Source: Xanthobacteraceae bacterium (GTDB lineage: Bacteria; Pseudomonadota; Alphaproteobacteria; Rhizobiales; Xanthobacteraceae). Taken from it: a DNA stretch of 64,000 nucleotides. The notes under the pieces are model-generated. The model made no database searches and was not told the DNA's origin. It saw nothing but the letters and a program-made list of their open reading frames with translations. Shown here in pieces: positions 19,059 through 28,480 of this stretch. The stretch is from assembly GCA_049519075.1 (NCBI GenBank), contig JBEKRD010000009.1, forward strand, positions 65-64,064. Direction: 5' to 3'. Position 1 is the first letter of the stretch, and every line of letters begins with the position of its first letter. A program made the position numbers and the translations under genes.

Positions 19059-19813
19059 GCAACAGGCTTTCAGGCAAAGTCGCGCTGGTGACCGCCGCGG
19101 GGCAGGGCATCGGCCGCGCCATTGCTGAGGCGTTCATCGCCGAAGGCGCGAGCGTCATCGCGACCGACCTGGCGGAGGACAAGCTCGAAGGCCTCAAGGC
19201 CAAGAAGCGGCAGAAACTCGACGTGCGGGCGCAGGACAGTGTCGACGCCTTGGCGAAAGTCATTGCCGGCGAATTCGGCGCGCTCGATATTCTGGTCAAT
19301 TGCGCGGGCTATGTCGCCAATGGCTCGATTCTCGATTGCACCGACAAAGACTGGGATTTTTCCTTCGACCTCAATGTCAAATCGATGCACCGCACGATCA
19401 AGGCGTTCCTGCCGGCGATGCTGGTGAAAAAAGCAGGTTCGATCGTCAATATATCGTCGGCGGTGTCGTCGATCCGCGGCGTGCCCAATCGTTACGCCTA
19501 TGGCGCGACCAAAGCGGCGGTGATCGGGCTGACCAAGGCCGTCGCTGCGGATTTCATCAAGCAGGGCATTCGCTGCAACGCGATCTGTCCCGGCACCATC
19601 GAATCGCCGTCGCTCGAAGAACGAATTGCGGCGACCTCGAAGGCGACCGGGAAGTCGATCGATGAGGTGCGGCAGGATTTCATCGGCCGCCAGCCGATGG
19701 GCCGCTTGGGAACGGCCCAGGAAGTAGCAGCCCTTGTCCTCTTCCTTGCCGGCGATGAGGCAAGCTACATTACCGGTCAGGCCCATCTCGTCGACGGCGG
19801 GATGGCGCTTTAG
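19055..19813 (+). CDS. Short-chain dehydrogenase/reductase, BDH2/DHRS6 and 2-keto-3-deoxy-L-fuconate dehydrogenase-like
   Basis: TAAGQGIGRAIA (TGxxxGIG) and YGATKAAV (YxxxK). Long stretches (LDCTDKDWDFSFDLNVKSM, KAVAADFIKQGIRCNAICPGT) match the BDH2/KDF-dehydrogenase family as I recall it. Confidence 0.85.
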   Translation: MSNRLSGKVALVTAAGQGIGRAIAEAFIAEGASVIATDLAEDKLEGLKAKKRQKLDVRAQDSVDALAKVIAGEFGALDILVNCAGYVANGSILDCTDKDWDFSFDLNVKSMHRTIKAFLPAMLVKKAGSIVNISSAVSSIRGVPNRYAYGATKAAVIGLTKAVAADFIKQGIRCNAICPGTIESPSLEERIAATSKATGKSIDEVRQDFIGRQPMGRLGTAQEVAALVLFLAGDEASYITGQAHLVDGGMAL

Positions 19814-19852
19814 GGCAGGGCTTATCGCGGCGTTATCCGCGGCTGGGACACA

Positions 19853-20836
19853 ATGCATATTCTGATCACCGGCGCCGCGGGGATGATCGGGCGCAAGCTC
19901 GTGGCGCGTCTCGTCAATGACGGAGCACTCAACGGCAAGACGATTGACCGGCTCACGCTGATCGATGTCGTTGCGCCGCAACAGCCTGAAAAGTTCTCCG
20001 GCAAAGTCGAGACGGCCGCCGCGGATATTGCCGATGCGGCTGCTGTGCAGTCGGCCATCGCCGGGCGACCCGAGGTCATCTTTCACCTTGCGGGTGTCGT
20101 TTCGGGCGAAGCCGAGATCGATTTCGAAAAGGGCATGCGGGTCAATCTCGACGGCACGCGCGGGCTCTTCGAAGCCATCCGAACCACGGGCGGCGGGTAT
20201 CGCCCGCGCCTGGTCTTCACCTCCTCGATTGCCGTGTTCGGCGCGCCGTTCCCCGATGCGATCGCGGACGACTTTCATCTGACGCCGCTCACCTCCTACG
20301 GCACGCAGAAGGCCGTCACCGAACTCCTCCTCGCCGATTACACCCGCCGCGGCTTCCTCGACGGCGTCGGTATCCGGCTGCCGAGCATCGTGGTGCGGCC
20401 CGGCAAGCCGAACAAGGCTGCGTCCGGTTTTTTTTCCGGGATCATCCGCGAACCGCTGTCCGGGCAAGAGGCCGTGCTGCCGGTCGATGAGAGCGTGCTG
20501 CATTGGCACGCCAGCCCGCGCGCGGCGGCAGGCTTTCTCGTTCACGCCGCGGGGCTCGATGCGGCGAAACTCGGCCCCCGCGTCAATCTGACGATGCCTG
20601 GGGTCTGCTGCACCGTGGCCGAGCAGATCGCCGCGCTGCGCCGGATCGCCGGCGACAAGGTTGTAGCCCGCATCCGCCGCGAGCCCGATCCGCTGGTCGC
20701 CCGCATTGTCGCCGGTTGGCCGAGCCGGTTCGATCCCCGCCGCGCACTGGCGCTTGGCTTTGAGGCGGAACGCTCGTTCGACGAGATCATCCACGTCCAT
20801 ATCGAGGACGATCTGGGCGGCAAGATCGCCGCCTAG
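19853..20836 (+). CDS. NAD-dependent epimerase/dehydratase-family (extended SDR) protein, possibly a sugar-acid dehydrogenase
   Basis: ILITGAAGMIGRKL (GxxGxxG) and YGTQKAV (YxxxK); 327 aa. Confidence 0.7.
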   Translation: MHILITGAAGMIGRKLVARLVNDGALNGKTIDRLTLIDVVAPQQPEKFSGKVETAAADIADAAAVQSAIAGRPEVIFHLAGVVSGEAEIDFEKGMRVNLDGTRGLFEAIRTTGGGYRPRLVFTSSIAVFGAPFPDAIADDFHLTPLTSYGTQKAVTELLLADYTRRGFLDGVGIRLPSIVVRPGKPNKAASGFFSGIIREPLSGQEAVLPVDESVLHWHASPRAAAGFLVHAAGLDAAKLGPRVNLTMPGVCCTVAEQIAALRRIAGDKVVARIRREPDPLVARIVAGWPSRFDPRRALALGFEAERSFDEIIHVHIEDDLGGKIAA

Positions 20837-20936
20837 ACCCGGTTGGCAGCGTGGTTGCTTGCGTTGTGCGGCGCTATGCTTACATTGCTGCCAGAAACTC
20901 CACAGCCCCAACAAAACATCTTCGTGCCGATCCACC

Positions 20937-21761
20937 ATGACCTATGTTGACGCGGCCTGTGCGCCGCTGCGCAAGACCGGACAGATCAAGATCCACGGCC
21001 CGGCGGCCTTTGAGGGCATGCACAAGGCCGGACGGCTCGCGGCCGAATGCCTCGATATGTTGGTGGGCGAGATCAAGCCGGGCGTCACCACCGAGCACAT
21101 CGACCGGCTGGTATTCGAGTTCGGCTCCGATCATGGGGCGTTGCCGGCGACGCTGATGTATCGCGGTTACCGCAAGGCGACCTGCACCTCGGTCAACCAT
21201 GTGGTCTGCCATGGCATCCCGGTCGAGAAGCCGCTGCGCGAGGGCGACATCGTCAATGTCGACGTGACGCTGATCCTCGATCATTGGCACGGCGATTCCA
21301 GCCGCATGTATGCCATTGGCGAGATTCCCCGCCGTGCCGAGCGGCTGATCGAAGTCACCTATGAGGGCATGATGCGCGGCATTGCCGCGATCAAGCCCGG
21401 CGCCACGACGGGCGACATCGGCCATGCGATCCAGACTTTTGTCGAGGCCCAGCACATGAGCGTGGTGCGCGATTTCTGCGGCCACGGCCTCGGCCGGCTG
21501 TTCCACGACGAGCCGAATATCGTGCATGTCGGCCGGCCCGGCGAAGGCATCGTGCTCAAGCCGGGGATGTTCTTCACGGTCGAACCGATGATCAATCTCG
21601 GTCGCCCGCATGTGAAGGTGTTGTCGGACGGCTGGACCGCGGTGACCCGCGACCGCTCGCTGTCGGCGCAATTCGAGCATTCGGTCGGCGTCACCGAGAC
21701 CGGGGTCGAGATTTTCACGCTGTCGCCCAAGGGGCTCGACAAGCCGCCCTATCCGGTCTGA
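20937..21761 (+). CDS. map: Type I methionine aminopeptidase
   Basis: VCHGIP, DVTLILDHWHGDSSRMY, FCGHGLGRLFHDEP, FTVEPM and EHSVGVT (metal ligands). Start set to ATG 20937; the track ORF starts at 20706. Confidence 0.92.
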   Translation: MTYVDAACAPLRKTGQIKIHGPAAFEGMHKAGRLAAECLDMLVGEIKPGVTTEHIDRLVFEFGSDHGALPATLMYRGYRKATCTSVNHVVCHGIPVEKPLREGDIVNVDVTLILDHWHGDSSRMYAIGEIPRRAERLIEVTYEGMMRGIAAIKPGATTGDIGHAIQTFVEAQHMSVVRDFCGHGLGRLFHDEPNIVHVGRPGEGIVLKPGMFFTVEPMINLGRPHVKVLSDGWTAVTRDRSLSAQFEHSVGVTETGVEIFTLSPKGLDKPPYPV

Positions 21762-21879
21762 GACCGGGCCGGCCCGTTTTATCCGATTGCAAATTCCCGT
21801 AATCCGGGCATCCTTAGCAAGGACAACCTCGCACACGCGAGAGTTGTGATGCGCCGATCCGGATTGCGTCCGCTTCCCC

Positions 21880-22599
21880 ATGTTGGAGAAAAAGCCCGAC
21901 AGCGAAACCGGTCTCGCCGAAGAGGCGACGCCGCATTATTACGGCCACCGCGAACGCCTGCGCGAGCGCTTTCGCGAGGCCGGCGCCGACGCATTGTCGG
22001 ATTACGAACTGTTGGAGCTGTTGCTGTTCCGCGTGCTGCCGCGGCGCGACGTCAAGCCGCTCGCCAAGTCGCTGCTCGAGACTTTCGGCTCGTTCGCCGA
22101 AGTGATTGCCGCGCCCGAAGCCCGGCTTGCCAAAGTGAAAGGGCTGGGTGAGGCCTGCGTCACCGACCTCAAAATCGTGCAGGCAGCCGCCAGCCGGCTC
22201 CTGCGCGGCGCGGTGAAAAAGCGTCCCGTTCTGTCGTCGTGGTCGACGGTGCTGGATTATTGCCGCACCGCGCAAGCCTTCGCCGACCGCGAGCAATTCC
22301 GCGTCCTATTCCTCGACAAGCGCAATCAGCTCATCGCCGACGAGTTGCAGCAGATCGGCACGGTCGATCATACCCCGGTTTATCCGCGCGAGGTGGTCAA
22401 GCGAGCGCTGGAGCTGTCGGCCACCGCCATCATCCTGGTGCACAACCATCCCTCGGGCGACCCAACTCCCTCCCGCGCGGACATCCAGATGACGCAGCAG
22501 ATCATCGCGGTGGCAAGCCCGCTCGGCATTGCCGTGCACGACCACATCATCGTCGGCAAGGACGGGCATGCGAGTTTGAAGGGGCTGAAGTTGATTTAA
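21880..22599 (+). CDS. radC: RadC-family (JAB/MPN domain) protein
   Basis: 239 aa. [25 protein letters not shown] and JAB motif [17 protein letters not shown]. Confidence 0.88.
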   Translation: MLEKKPDSETGLAEEATPHYYGHRERLRERFREAGADALSDYELLELLLFRVLPRRDVKPLAKSLLETFGSFAEVIAAPEARLAKVKGLGEACVTDLKIVQAAASRLLRGAVKKRPVLSSWSTVLDYCRTAQAFADREQFRVLFLDKRNQLIADELQQIGTVDHTPVYPREVVKRALELSATAIILVHNHPSGDPTPSRADIQMTQQIIAVASPLGIAVHDHIIVGKDGHASLKGLKLI

Positions 22600-22734
22600 G
22601 CGCAACTGCTTAAGCGGCAGCTTACGCGGAGCGGCCGACCAGCCCGGCCGCCGACCCGGGATTTCACTCATGCGCGACCTGGGCTACAATCGAGGGTCAA
22701 AAACAATGCAAAGTGTGAAGGGGAGGATACGAGG

Positions 22735-23349
22735 ATGAAACGCTGGGCCATCGTCGCTGCGGCGCTTGTGATCGGCGTCATCGGGTTGCGGCACCATTCC
22801 CGCCAGGCTCTTGCCCAAGGCAGTGCCGGTTGGGTGACGCTGTTCGACGGCAAGACTCTCGATAATTGGAACCAGATCGGCACCGCCAACTGGAAGCTGG
22901 AAGACGGCAGCGTCGTCGCCGATAACGGCAACGGCTTTCTGGTGTCGAAGAATGACTACACCGATTTCGACCTCAAGGTCGAATTCTGGATGGAATCCAA
23001 GACCAACAGCGGCGTTTTCATCCGCTGCACCGACCCGACCAGCGTCACTGGAAAGACGTCCTATGAAGTGAATCTTTGGGACACGCGGCCGGAGCCGAAA
23101 TATGGGACTGGCGCGATCGTCGATCTCGCCGCAGTGGATCCAATGCCGACCGCGGCCGGCAAGTGGAGCGTCTACGAAATCATCGCCAAAGGCGATACTT
23201 TCACCGTGATCCTCAACGGGCAGAAGACCGTCGACAACGCCAAATCCGACAAATTTGCCAAGGGGCGCATCGCGCTGCAGCACGGCAAGGGCGTTACCGA
23301 CGAGAGCGGCATCGTCAAATTCCGCAAGGTGGAAATCAAGCCGCTATAA
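22735..23349 (+). CDS. DUF1080 (3-keto-disaccharide hydrolase-like) secreted protein
   Basis: Signal peptide. GWVTLFDGKTLDNWNQIG, NSGVFIR, and GRIALQH...VKFRKVEIKPL at the C-terminus. GGGGAGGA Shine-Dalgarno upstream. Confidence 0.65.
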   Translation: MKRWAIVAAALVIGVIGLRHHSRQALAQGSAGWVTLFDGKTLDNWNQIGTANWKLEDGSVVADNGNGFLVSKNDYTDFDLKVEFWMESKTNSGVFIRCTDPTSVTGKTSYEVNLWDTRPEPKYGTGAIVDLAAVDPMPTAAGKWSVYEIIAKGDTFTVILNGQKTVDNAKSDKFAKGRIALQHGKGVTDESGIVKFRKVEIKPL

Positions 23350-24930
23350 GCGGCCGGTCACCTTAGCAAGCACCTGGGCCGCGTCGGCAGGATCGCCGTC
23401 GGCGGCCCAGGCGACATAGCGGTCTGGGCGGACGAGGACCAGACTGGCCTCATAAGCTTCTCTCCCGTCCCGGTAGCTGTCGCGCACGATCTTGAGCGGA
23501 ACGCGCAGCACTTTTGCCGCCCGTTCGAAATCGGCGACGATGCCGTCTCCGCTATCGAACGCCAGCAGGGTGAAATCGGCGCCCAGTTCCTCAAACACGT
23601 TCTTTCCGGATGAGAGACGTTGCGGCGGCAGATGATGGCCGGCGCGGGCCTTGAAGGTGTGCGAGCCGTGGGTGCTGCTCGCGCCGTCGGGCGGTCCGAA
23701 TACGATCGGCGAGCCTTCGTAATGCGGCTCATAGGTCATGACACGAGGTGCCGCGGCATTGGCATGCTCGTTCCAGGCCCGCTCGAATTCGTCGCGGTCA
23801 TGCTCCGGGCTATAGCGGCCGAGGAATTCCTTGTCGCGCTCGATGCCGGCCTCGATGAAATCCTCAGCGGTTTCCTTGAAGATCGGGCGGCGCTCCTCGG
23901 AATAGCTCTGCAACAGCGCATCGCTGCCCCAGCCTTTGAGCTTGGCGGCGAGCTTCCAGCCGAGATTGACCGCGTCGTCAAGTCCGTTGTTGAGGCCGTA
24001 GGCGCCGTAAGGCGGATGCGAATGGGCAGCGTCGCCGGCGATAAAGATGCGGCCCACTTGGTAGGTCTCGGCCACCGCGATGCGCAGGTCCCAAAACCCG
24101 ACATAATCGAAGTCGCAGGCAAACGAAAAGCCCGCGGCCTTCTGTAGCAAGCCGTGAAAATCGTAATTGTCGCGCGTCGTATCGGCCGGCACCGGCGAGT
24201 GGAAAAACCAGCTCTCGCCGACATCGACCCGGCCGAAGAACTGCCAATAGCCGCGCAAGTCGGGATGAATCACCCGATATGTCGACCGCGGCGGAAACCG
24301 CTTGAGCTTTTCGTGCAGCTCGCGCGAACGAAACAGCGCCAGCACCATGAGCTCATTAAAATCCGCGCCGCCGCGCTCAATGCCGGCTTGCTTGCGCACG
24401 CTCGAATGGCCCCCGTCGCAACCGATCACATATTCGGCGGAATGAGTTTCTCGGCCCGCGCCGCAGTCTTCGGCGATCACGACGCGCACCCCGTCCGCGT
24501 CTTGCTCGACGGTTTCAGCGGCCCAGCCGAAGCGGGCTTCGACGTTAGGTAGCTCCGCCATGCGCGCACGCAGCACATATTCACTCTGGTACTGCGGCAA
24601 TCTTTCATTGTTCTGGAAGTAATAGGAATTGACGATCTCGCGCAGCGGCGGAGCGTACCAATATTCGCCGCTGAGATTGCGATAGGCGACGATGCCGCTC
24701 ATCGGATAATCCGGCGGCAACAGACGCGCCGCGCGCAATTTGTCGGCGACGCCCCAAAAGTGAAAGTGCTCCACCGAACGCTGTGTCAGGTTCTGACCCT
24801 TAGGGATACGCTGCGGTTCGCGGCGGCGCTCAATCACGGCGCAGGAAATGCCGCGCAGCCCAAGCTCGACCGCTAGCGCTGTGCCGACGGGGCCACCGCC
24901 GACAATGACGACTTGATGCCGTTGTTTCAT
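23344..24930 (-). CDS. FAD-dependent aromatic-ring monooxygenase (PheA/TfdB / MhpA-like)
   Basis: VVIVGGGPVGTALAVELGLRG and GRIFIAGDAAHSHPPYGAYGLNNGLDDAVNLGWKL; 528 aa with a C-terminal thioredoxin-like extension. Confidence 0.8.
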   Translation of the reverse strand: MKQRHQVVIVGGGPVGTALAVELGLRGISCAVIERRREPQRIPKGQNLTQRSVEHFHFWGVADKLRAARLLPPDYPMSGIVAYRNLSGEYWYAPPLREIVNSYYFQNNERLPQYQSEYVLRARMAELPNVEARFGWAAETVEQDADGVRVVIAEDCGAGRETHSAEYVIGCDGGHSSVRKQAGIERGGADFNELMVLALFRSRELHEKLKRFPPRSTYRVIHPDLRGYWQFFGRVDVGESWFFHSPVPADTTRDNYDFHGLLQKAAGFSFACDFDYVGFWDLRIAVAETYQVGRIFIAGDAAHSHPPYGAYGLNNGLDDAVNLGWKLAAKLKGWGSDALLQSYSEERRPIFKETAEDFIEAGIERDKEFLGRYSPEHDRDEFERAWNEHANAAAPRVMTYEPHYEGSPIVFGPPDGASSTHGSHTFKARAGHHLPPQRLSSGKNVFEELGADFTLLAFDSGDGIVADFERAAKVLRVPLKIVRDSYRDGREAYEASLVLVRPDRYVAWAADGDPADAAQVLAKVTGRL

Positions 24931-24952
24931 CGCGCTCGTTGTTGGCTTGAGT

Positions 24953-25708
24953 TTACTGCCGGATCAGCAGGAACGGATCGGCGGATTCAGGCACGCGTTG
25001 CCAGGTGTTGGTGTCATTTTCTTCGAATTGCCAAGACTCGCCGCGTTGCGACAGCAGGACCAGGTCGCCCTGGTCGAGCCGCCACGCAGTTGGAGCGAAT
25101 CGCGCGATCGAAGCCTCGCAGCCTGGCTTGACCTTGAGCGCCATAGTATCGGTGCCGATGGGGCTGTTCGCGAGCGTCAAGACGCAGATCGGTTTGCCGG
25201 TCCCCCGGGCGATGCCCCAATCGCCGATCATGTCGTTGGCGGAACGCATCGGCGCCGCCGCCGCCGCGGTCTGCAGAATGTAGCGGCCTTCTTCCGGCGT
25301 GAAGCCGTCATACATGCCGCTCTCGACTTCGGTGAGCTCGACCACCGAATTACCGTGGGCATCGAGCAGCCGCAAGCTGCCGTAATTGTCCAATGCCCAG
25401 GCGACGATATCCTTGGTGGAAGGAAAAACGTTCGGGCAGTTTTTGTCGATGTCGAGTTTGTTGCCGCCGGACACGGCGTCGGCGCGGAAATTAAACCGGC
25501 AGATCTTGTCGTGATCGGCATTGGAGAATTCCCAAGCTCCGATCATGGCGCTCACGGCATCTTTGGGCGGCTGCGTAGCTTGCGGCGGCGCAGCAGGTGA
25601 CGGAGTTTCGGACGACGGCGCGGCGTTCTGCTGGCTGTCCTGGGCGAAGCTGACGGCACCGCAAAGGCACATTGCGACAGCAGCGAACATCACAGCGCCG
25701 ACTCTCAT
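24953..25708 (-). CDS. Secreted protein with two Inh/Omp19-like (protease-inhibitor fold) repeats (tentative)
   Basis: Signal peptide MRVGAVMFAAVAMCLCGAVSFA. Two similar modules: IGAWEFSN..KICRFNF...KNCP...WAL..GSLRLLD, and IGDWGIA..PICVLTL...PGC...WRLDQGDLVLL. Family assignment is from memory only. Confidence 0.45.
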   Translation of the reverse strand: MRVGAVMFAAVAMCLCGAVSFAQDSQQNAAPSSETPSPAAPPQATQPPKDAVSAMIGAWEFSNADHDKICRFNFRADAVSGGNKLDIDKNCPNVFPSTKDIVAWALDNYGSLRLLDAHGNSVVELTEVESGMYDGFTPEEGRYILQTAAAAAPMRSANDMIGDWGIARGTGKPICVLTLANSPIGTDTMALKVKPGCEASIARFAPTAWRLDQGDLVLLSQRGESWQFEENDTNTWQRVPESADPFLLIRQ

Positions 25709-25733
25709 AGCGCCAAGCTCCACGGCGGACCGA

Positions 25734-26702
25734 TTATTTCCAACTTCGCCACGGCGTTTCCGGCACCGGTGTCAGCGGCGGTCTGCCGGCGGCCCAAGCC
25801 AGAATATTGTCGACGACCAGCTGGTCCATCTTGTTGCGCGTATGGACCGAGGCCGAGCCGAGATGGGGGAACAGTACGACGTTCTCCATCTCCAGCAACT
25901 CCTTCGGTACTTCGGGTTCCTTGACATAGACATCCAGCCCGGCCGCCATGATGCGTTTATCCTTGAGCGCTTTGATCAAGGCCGGTTCGTCGACCACCGA
26001 GCCGCGCGCCATGTTGATGACGATGCCGTTCGGGCCGAGCGCATCGAGTACCTCGGCATTGATCAGGTTCGCCGTCGCAGCACCGCCCGGCACGATCACC
26101 ATCAGCGTGTCGACGTCGCGCGCCATGTCGACGAGCTTCGGGTAGTGGCGATAGCCGAGCTCCGGCCGCTTCTGTCGGGTATGATAGACAATCGGCACGC
26201 CGAAAGCCTCAAGCCGCTTTGCGATGGCTTGGCCGATCGCGCCCATGCCGACGATGCCCACGGTGCGATCGCGCAACGTCGCCTTGCTCAGCGGATAGGC
26301 CTTTTCGACCCACTTGCCGGCGCGCACGTAGCGTTCGGCCTGGGACAACTCGCGCACGGTGCAAAGCAAGAGCCCGATCGCGGTATCGGCAACTTCCTCG
26401 GTCAGCACTTCGGGGGTGTTGGTAACGATGATGCCATGCGCAGCCGCGTATTTGACGTCGACATTGTCGTAGCCGACGCCGAAGCTAGCGACGATCTCAA
26501 GCTTCGGAAAGCGTTCCAGCAAGCTTGCCGACATCTGTCCTTGGGTGCAGGCGATGGCCCGGACATGGCCGTGTCCGGCGATAAATGCCTCACGGTCGCT
26601 CGCCTCCGCGGCTTTATAGAGGGTGCACGCGGTCCCGATGCCCTTCACGATGGTCGGTTTGGTCGGACCGAAGAGCACAACCTCATGTTTGTCGGCAGCC
26701 AT
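25734..26702 (-). CDS. D-isomer-specific 2-hydroxyacid dehydrogenase (glyoxylate/hydroxypyruvate reductase-like)
   Basis: 322 aa. NAD fold VGIVGMGAIGQAIAKRL and catalytic region INMARGSVVDE...FPHLGSAS. Starts 9 nt downstream of the E2 gene stop. Confidence 0.85.
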   Translation of the reverse strand: MAADKHEVVLFGPTKPTIVKGIGTACTLYKAAEASDREAFIAGHGHVRAIACTQGQMSASLLERFPKLEIVASFGVGYDNVDVKYAAAHGIIVTNTPEVLTEEVADTAIGLLLCTVRELSQAERYVRAGKWVEKAYPLSKATLRDRTVGIVGMGAIGQAIAKRLEAFGVPIVYHTRQKRPELGYRHYPKLVDMARDVDTLMVIVPGGAATANLINAEVLDALGPNGIVINMARGSVVDEPALIKALKDKRIMAAGLDVYVKEPEVPKELLEMENVVLFPHLGSASVHTRNKMDQLVVDNILAWAAGRPPLTPVPETPWRSWK

Positions 26703-26711
26703 TGTCCATCC

Positions 26712-28028
26712 TCATACCAGCATGCTCACCGGCATTTCGATAAGGTTCTTGATCGCGGCCAGTAGCTCGGCGCCGAGCGCGCCGTCGAGCACGCGATGGT
26801 CGCAGGACAGCGTCACGCTCATCATGCTGACAAAGGCGACCCCGCCGTCGTCCTTTTCGACCGCCTGCCGACGCGCGGCGCCGACCGCGAGAATGGTGGC
26901 GTGCGGCGGATTGATGATGGCGGTGAATTCGCGCACGCCATGCATGCCGAGGTTGGAGATCGCCGACGCGCCGCCTTGATAATCCGCGGGTTTCAACTTT
27001 TTGTCGCGGGCGCGCGCCACCAGATCCTTCATCGCGGCGGAAATCGCCGACAGCGATCTGGTCTCAGCTTCGCGCAACACCGGGGTGATCAGGCCGCCGT
27101 CGAGCGCGACCGCGATGCCGATATCGGAATGTTTGAACCTTAAGATGCGGTCGCCGGCCCACACCGCATTCGCCGCCGGCACGCGTTGCAATGCGAGTGC
27201 CAGCGCGCGGATGACGAAATCGTTCACCGACAGCTTGAATGCCGGATTGCCGTCCTTGTCCTTGGGCACCGCGGCGTTGGCTTCTTCCCGCAGCGCAATC
27301 AGCCGGTCGATGGCGACGTCGGCCATGAGATAGAAGGTCGGAACGGCGGCAGCTTGCGTGAGCCGCGCCGCGATGGTCCGGCGCATCCCGTCGAGCGGCA
27401 CTTCGTCATAACTGTCCGGCGCAAAGAGCGCCTTGATCTCGCCGGAGCTCGGCCCCGTCGGTGCGCCGGCCGGCGCGGACGCTGGCCGTGGCGCCTCTGC
27501 GATGTCGCGCGCGACAATGCGGCCGTGCGGGCCCGAGCCGCGCAGCCGGCCAAGGTCGATGCCGTTCTCAGCCGCCAGCCGCCGCGCTAGCGGCGTGACC
27601 GTGATGCCGCCGGACAGCCGTGCCGGTCCGAAATTATGCGGCGGCGTGCGCACTTCGAAGAACGGATCGAGCTTGATTGGAAGGGTTGCCTGACTCGCAT
27701 GCGCGACCGGGGGTGCGGCCGGCAAAGGCGGAGCCACATGCGGGGCCGGTGCGGCAGCCGGCTTCGCGGCAGCGGGCGGACTTGTGGTCGCACCCGAGCC
27801 GTCGGCGATAACCGCGACTACCGCGCCAACCGGCGCAATGTCGCCGGCCGACACGCGAATTTCGCTCAATATCCCCGTCGTGGTCGACGGCACTTCCATC
27901 GAGACCTTATCGGTCTCGATCTCGAACAGATTGTCGCCCGGCTTTACCGGTTCGCCGGCCGACTTGAACCATTTGGTGATCTTGCCCTCGGCGACGGTTT
28001 CGCCGAGTTGCGGCATCAGAACGTCCAT
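26712..28028 (-). CDS. Dihydrolipoamide acyltransferase (E2) of a 2-oxoacid / acetoin dehydrogenase complex
   Basis: Lipoyl domain (LFEIETDKVSMEVPS), E3/E1-binding domain (VTPLARRLAAENGIDLGRLRGSGPHGRIV) and catalytic motif SCDHRVLDGA. Confidence 0.9.
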   Translation of the reverse strand: MDVLMPQLGETVAEGKITKWFKSAGEPVKPGDNLFEIETDKVSMEVPSTTTGILSEIRVSAGDIAPVGAVVAVIADGSGATTSPPAAAKPAAAPAPHVAPPLPAAPPVAHASQATLPIKLDPFFEVRTPPHNFGPARLSGGITVTPLARRLAAENGIDLGRLRGSGPHGRIVARDIAEAPRPASAPAGAPTGPSSGEIKALFAPDSYDEVPLDGMRRTIAARLTQAAAVPTFYLMADVAIDRLIALREEANAAVPKDKDGNPAFKLSVNDFVIRALALALQRVPAANAVWAGDRILRFKHSDIGIAVALDGGLITPVLREAETRSLSAISAAMKDLVARARDKKLKPADYQGGASAISNLGMHGVREFTAIINPPHATILAVGAARRQAVEKDDGGVAFVSMMSVTLSCDHRVLDGALGAELLAAIKNLIEMPVSMLV

Positions 28029-28050
28029 GACTGAATTCTCCAGCGCCGGC

Positions 28051-28452
28051 TCACTTGATTCGTTCCCAGGTGACTTCCAGCGTCGAATTGGGCGGCCGCA
28101 GCACCAGGCGATCGCCGACGAATTCGTAGCGGCGGACCAGATCGCCGCTGTCGCCCGGCTGCAGACTGTCTTGGCGATGATGCGTCACGGTCCCGGCCTG
28201 CTCGTCGATCGTGTAGGTGCCGAAATAGGCGATGTAATCGGTGACCGCAATTTTAGCCTCTTCGGGCGTCATGACCGCGCCGGCGCGGCTGCGTTTGACG
28301 TCGGGTGCGACCTGGACCGACATTTCGCCATGCGGGCCATAATAGATCATGCCCTTCGGATCGGCGCCGCGATCCCAGTTCGCGCCATTGATCCGGGTGC
28401 CGATGTAGCGCCACGCGCCGATCAGCTTTTTGGCGACTTCACCGTGCGTCAT
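28051..28452 (-). CDS. Lipocalin-like domain protein
   Basis: 133 aa. N-terminal KLIGAWRYIG and overall size and pattern resemble lipocalin-like (PF13924-type) proteins. Sits between the aldehyde dehydrogenase and E2 genes. Confidence 0.5.
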   Translation of the reverse strand: MTHGEVAKKLIGAWRYIGTRINGANWDRGADPKGMIYYGPHGEMSVQVAPDVKRSRAGAVMTPEEAKIAVTDYIAYFGTYTIDEQAGTVTHHRQDSLQPGDSGDLVRRYEFVGDRLVLRPPNSTLEVTWERIK

Positions 28453-28480
28453 GGCAGGACCTTTGACTCACCCGTTCCCC

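Noticed and set aside
19070-20938. 622-aa ORF on the minus strand
   Set aside because: Antisense to the SDR and epimerase genes, low-complexity Arg/Gly/Asp-rich composition, and no start-site signals.
21880-22599. RadC as a marker of a mobile element or defence island
   Set aside because: This is the full-length housekeeping-type RadC (HhH-like N-terminus plus JAB domain) right after map. No integrase, transposase or defence genes are nearby.
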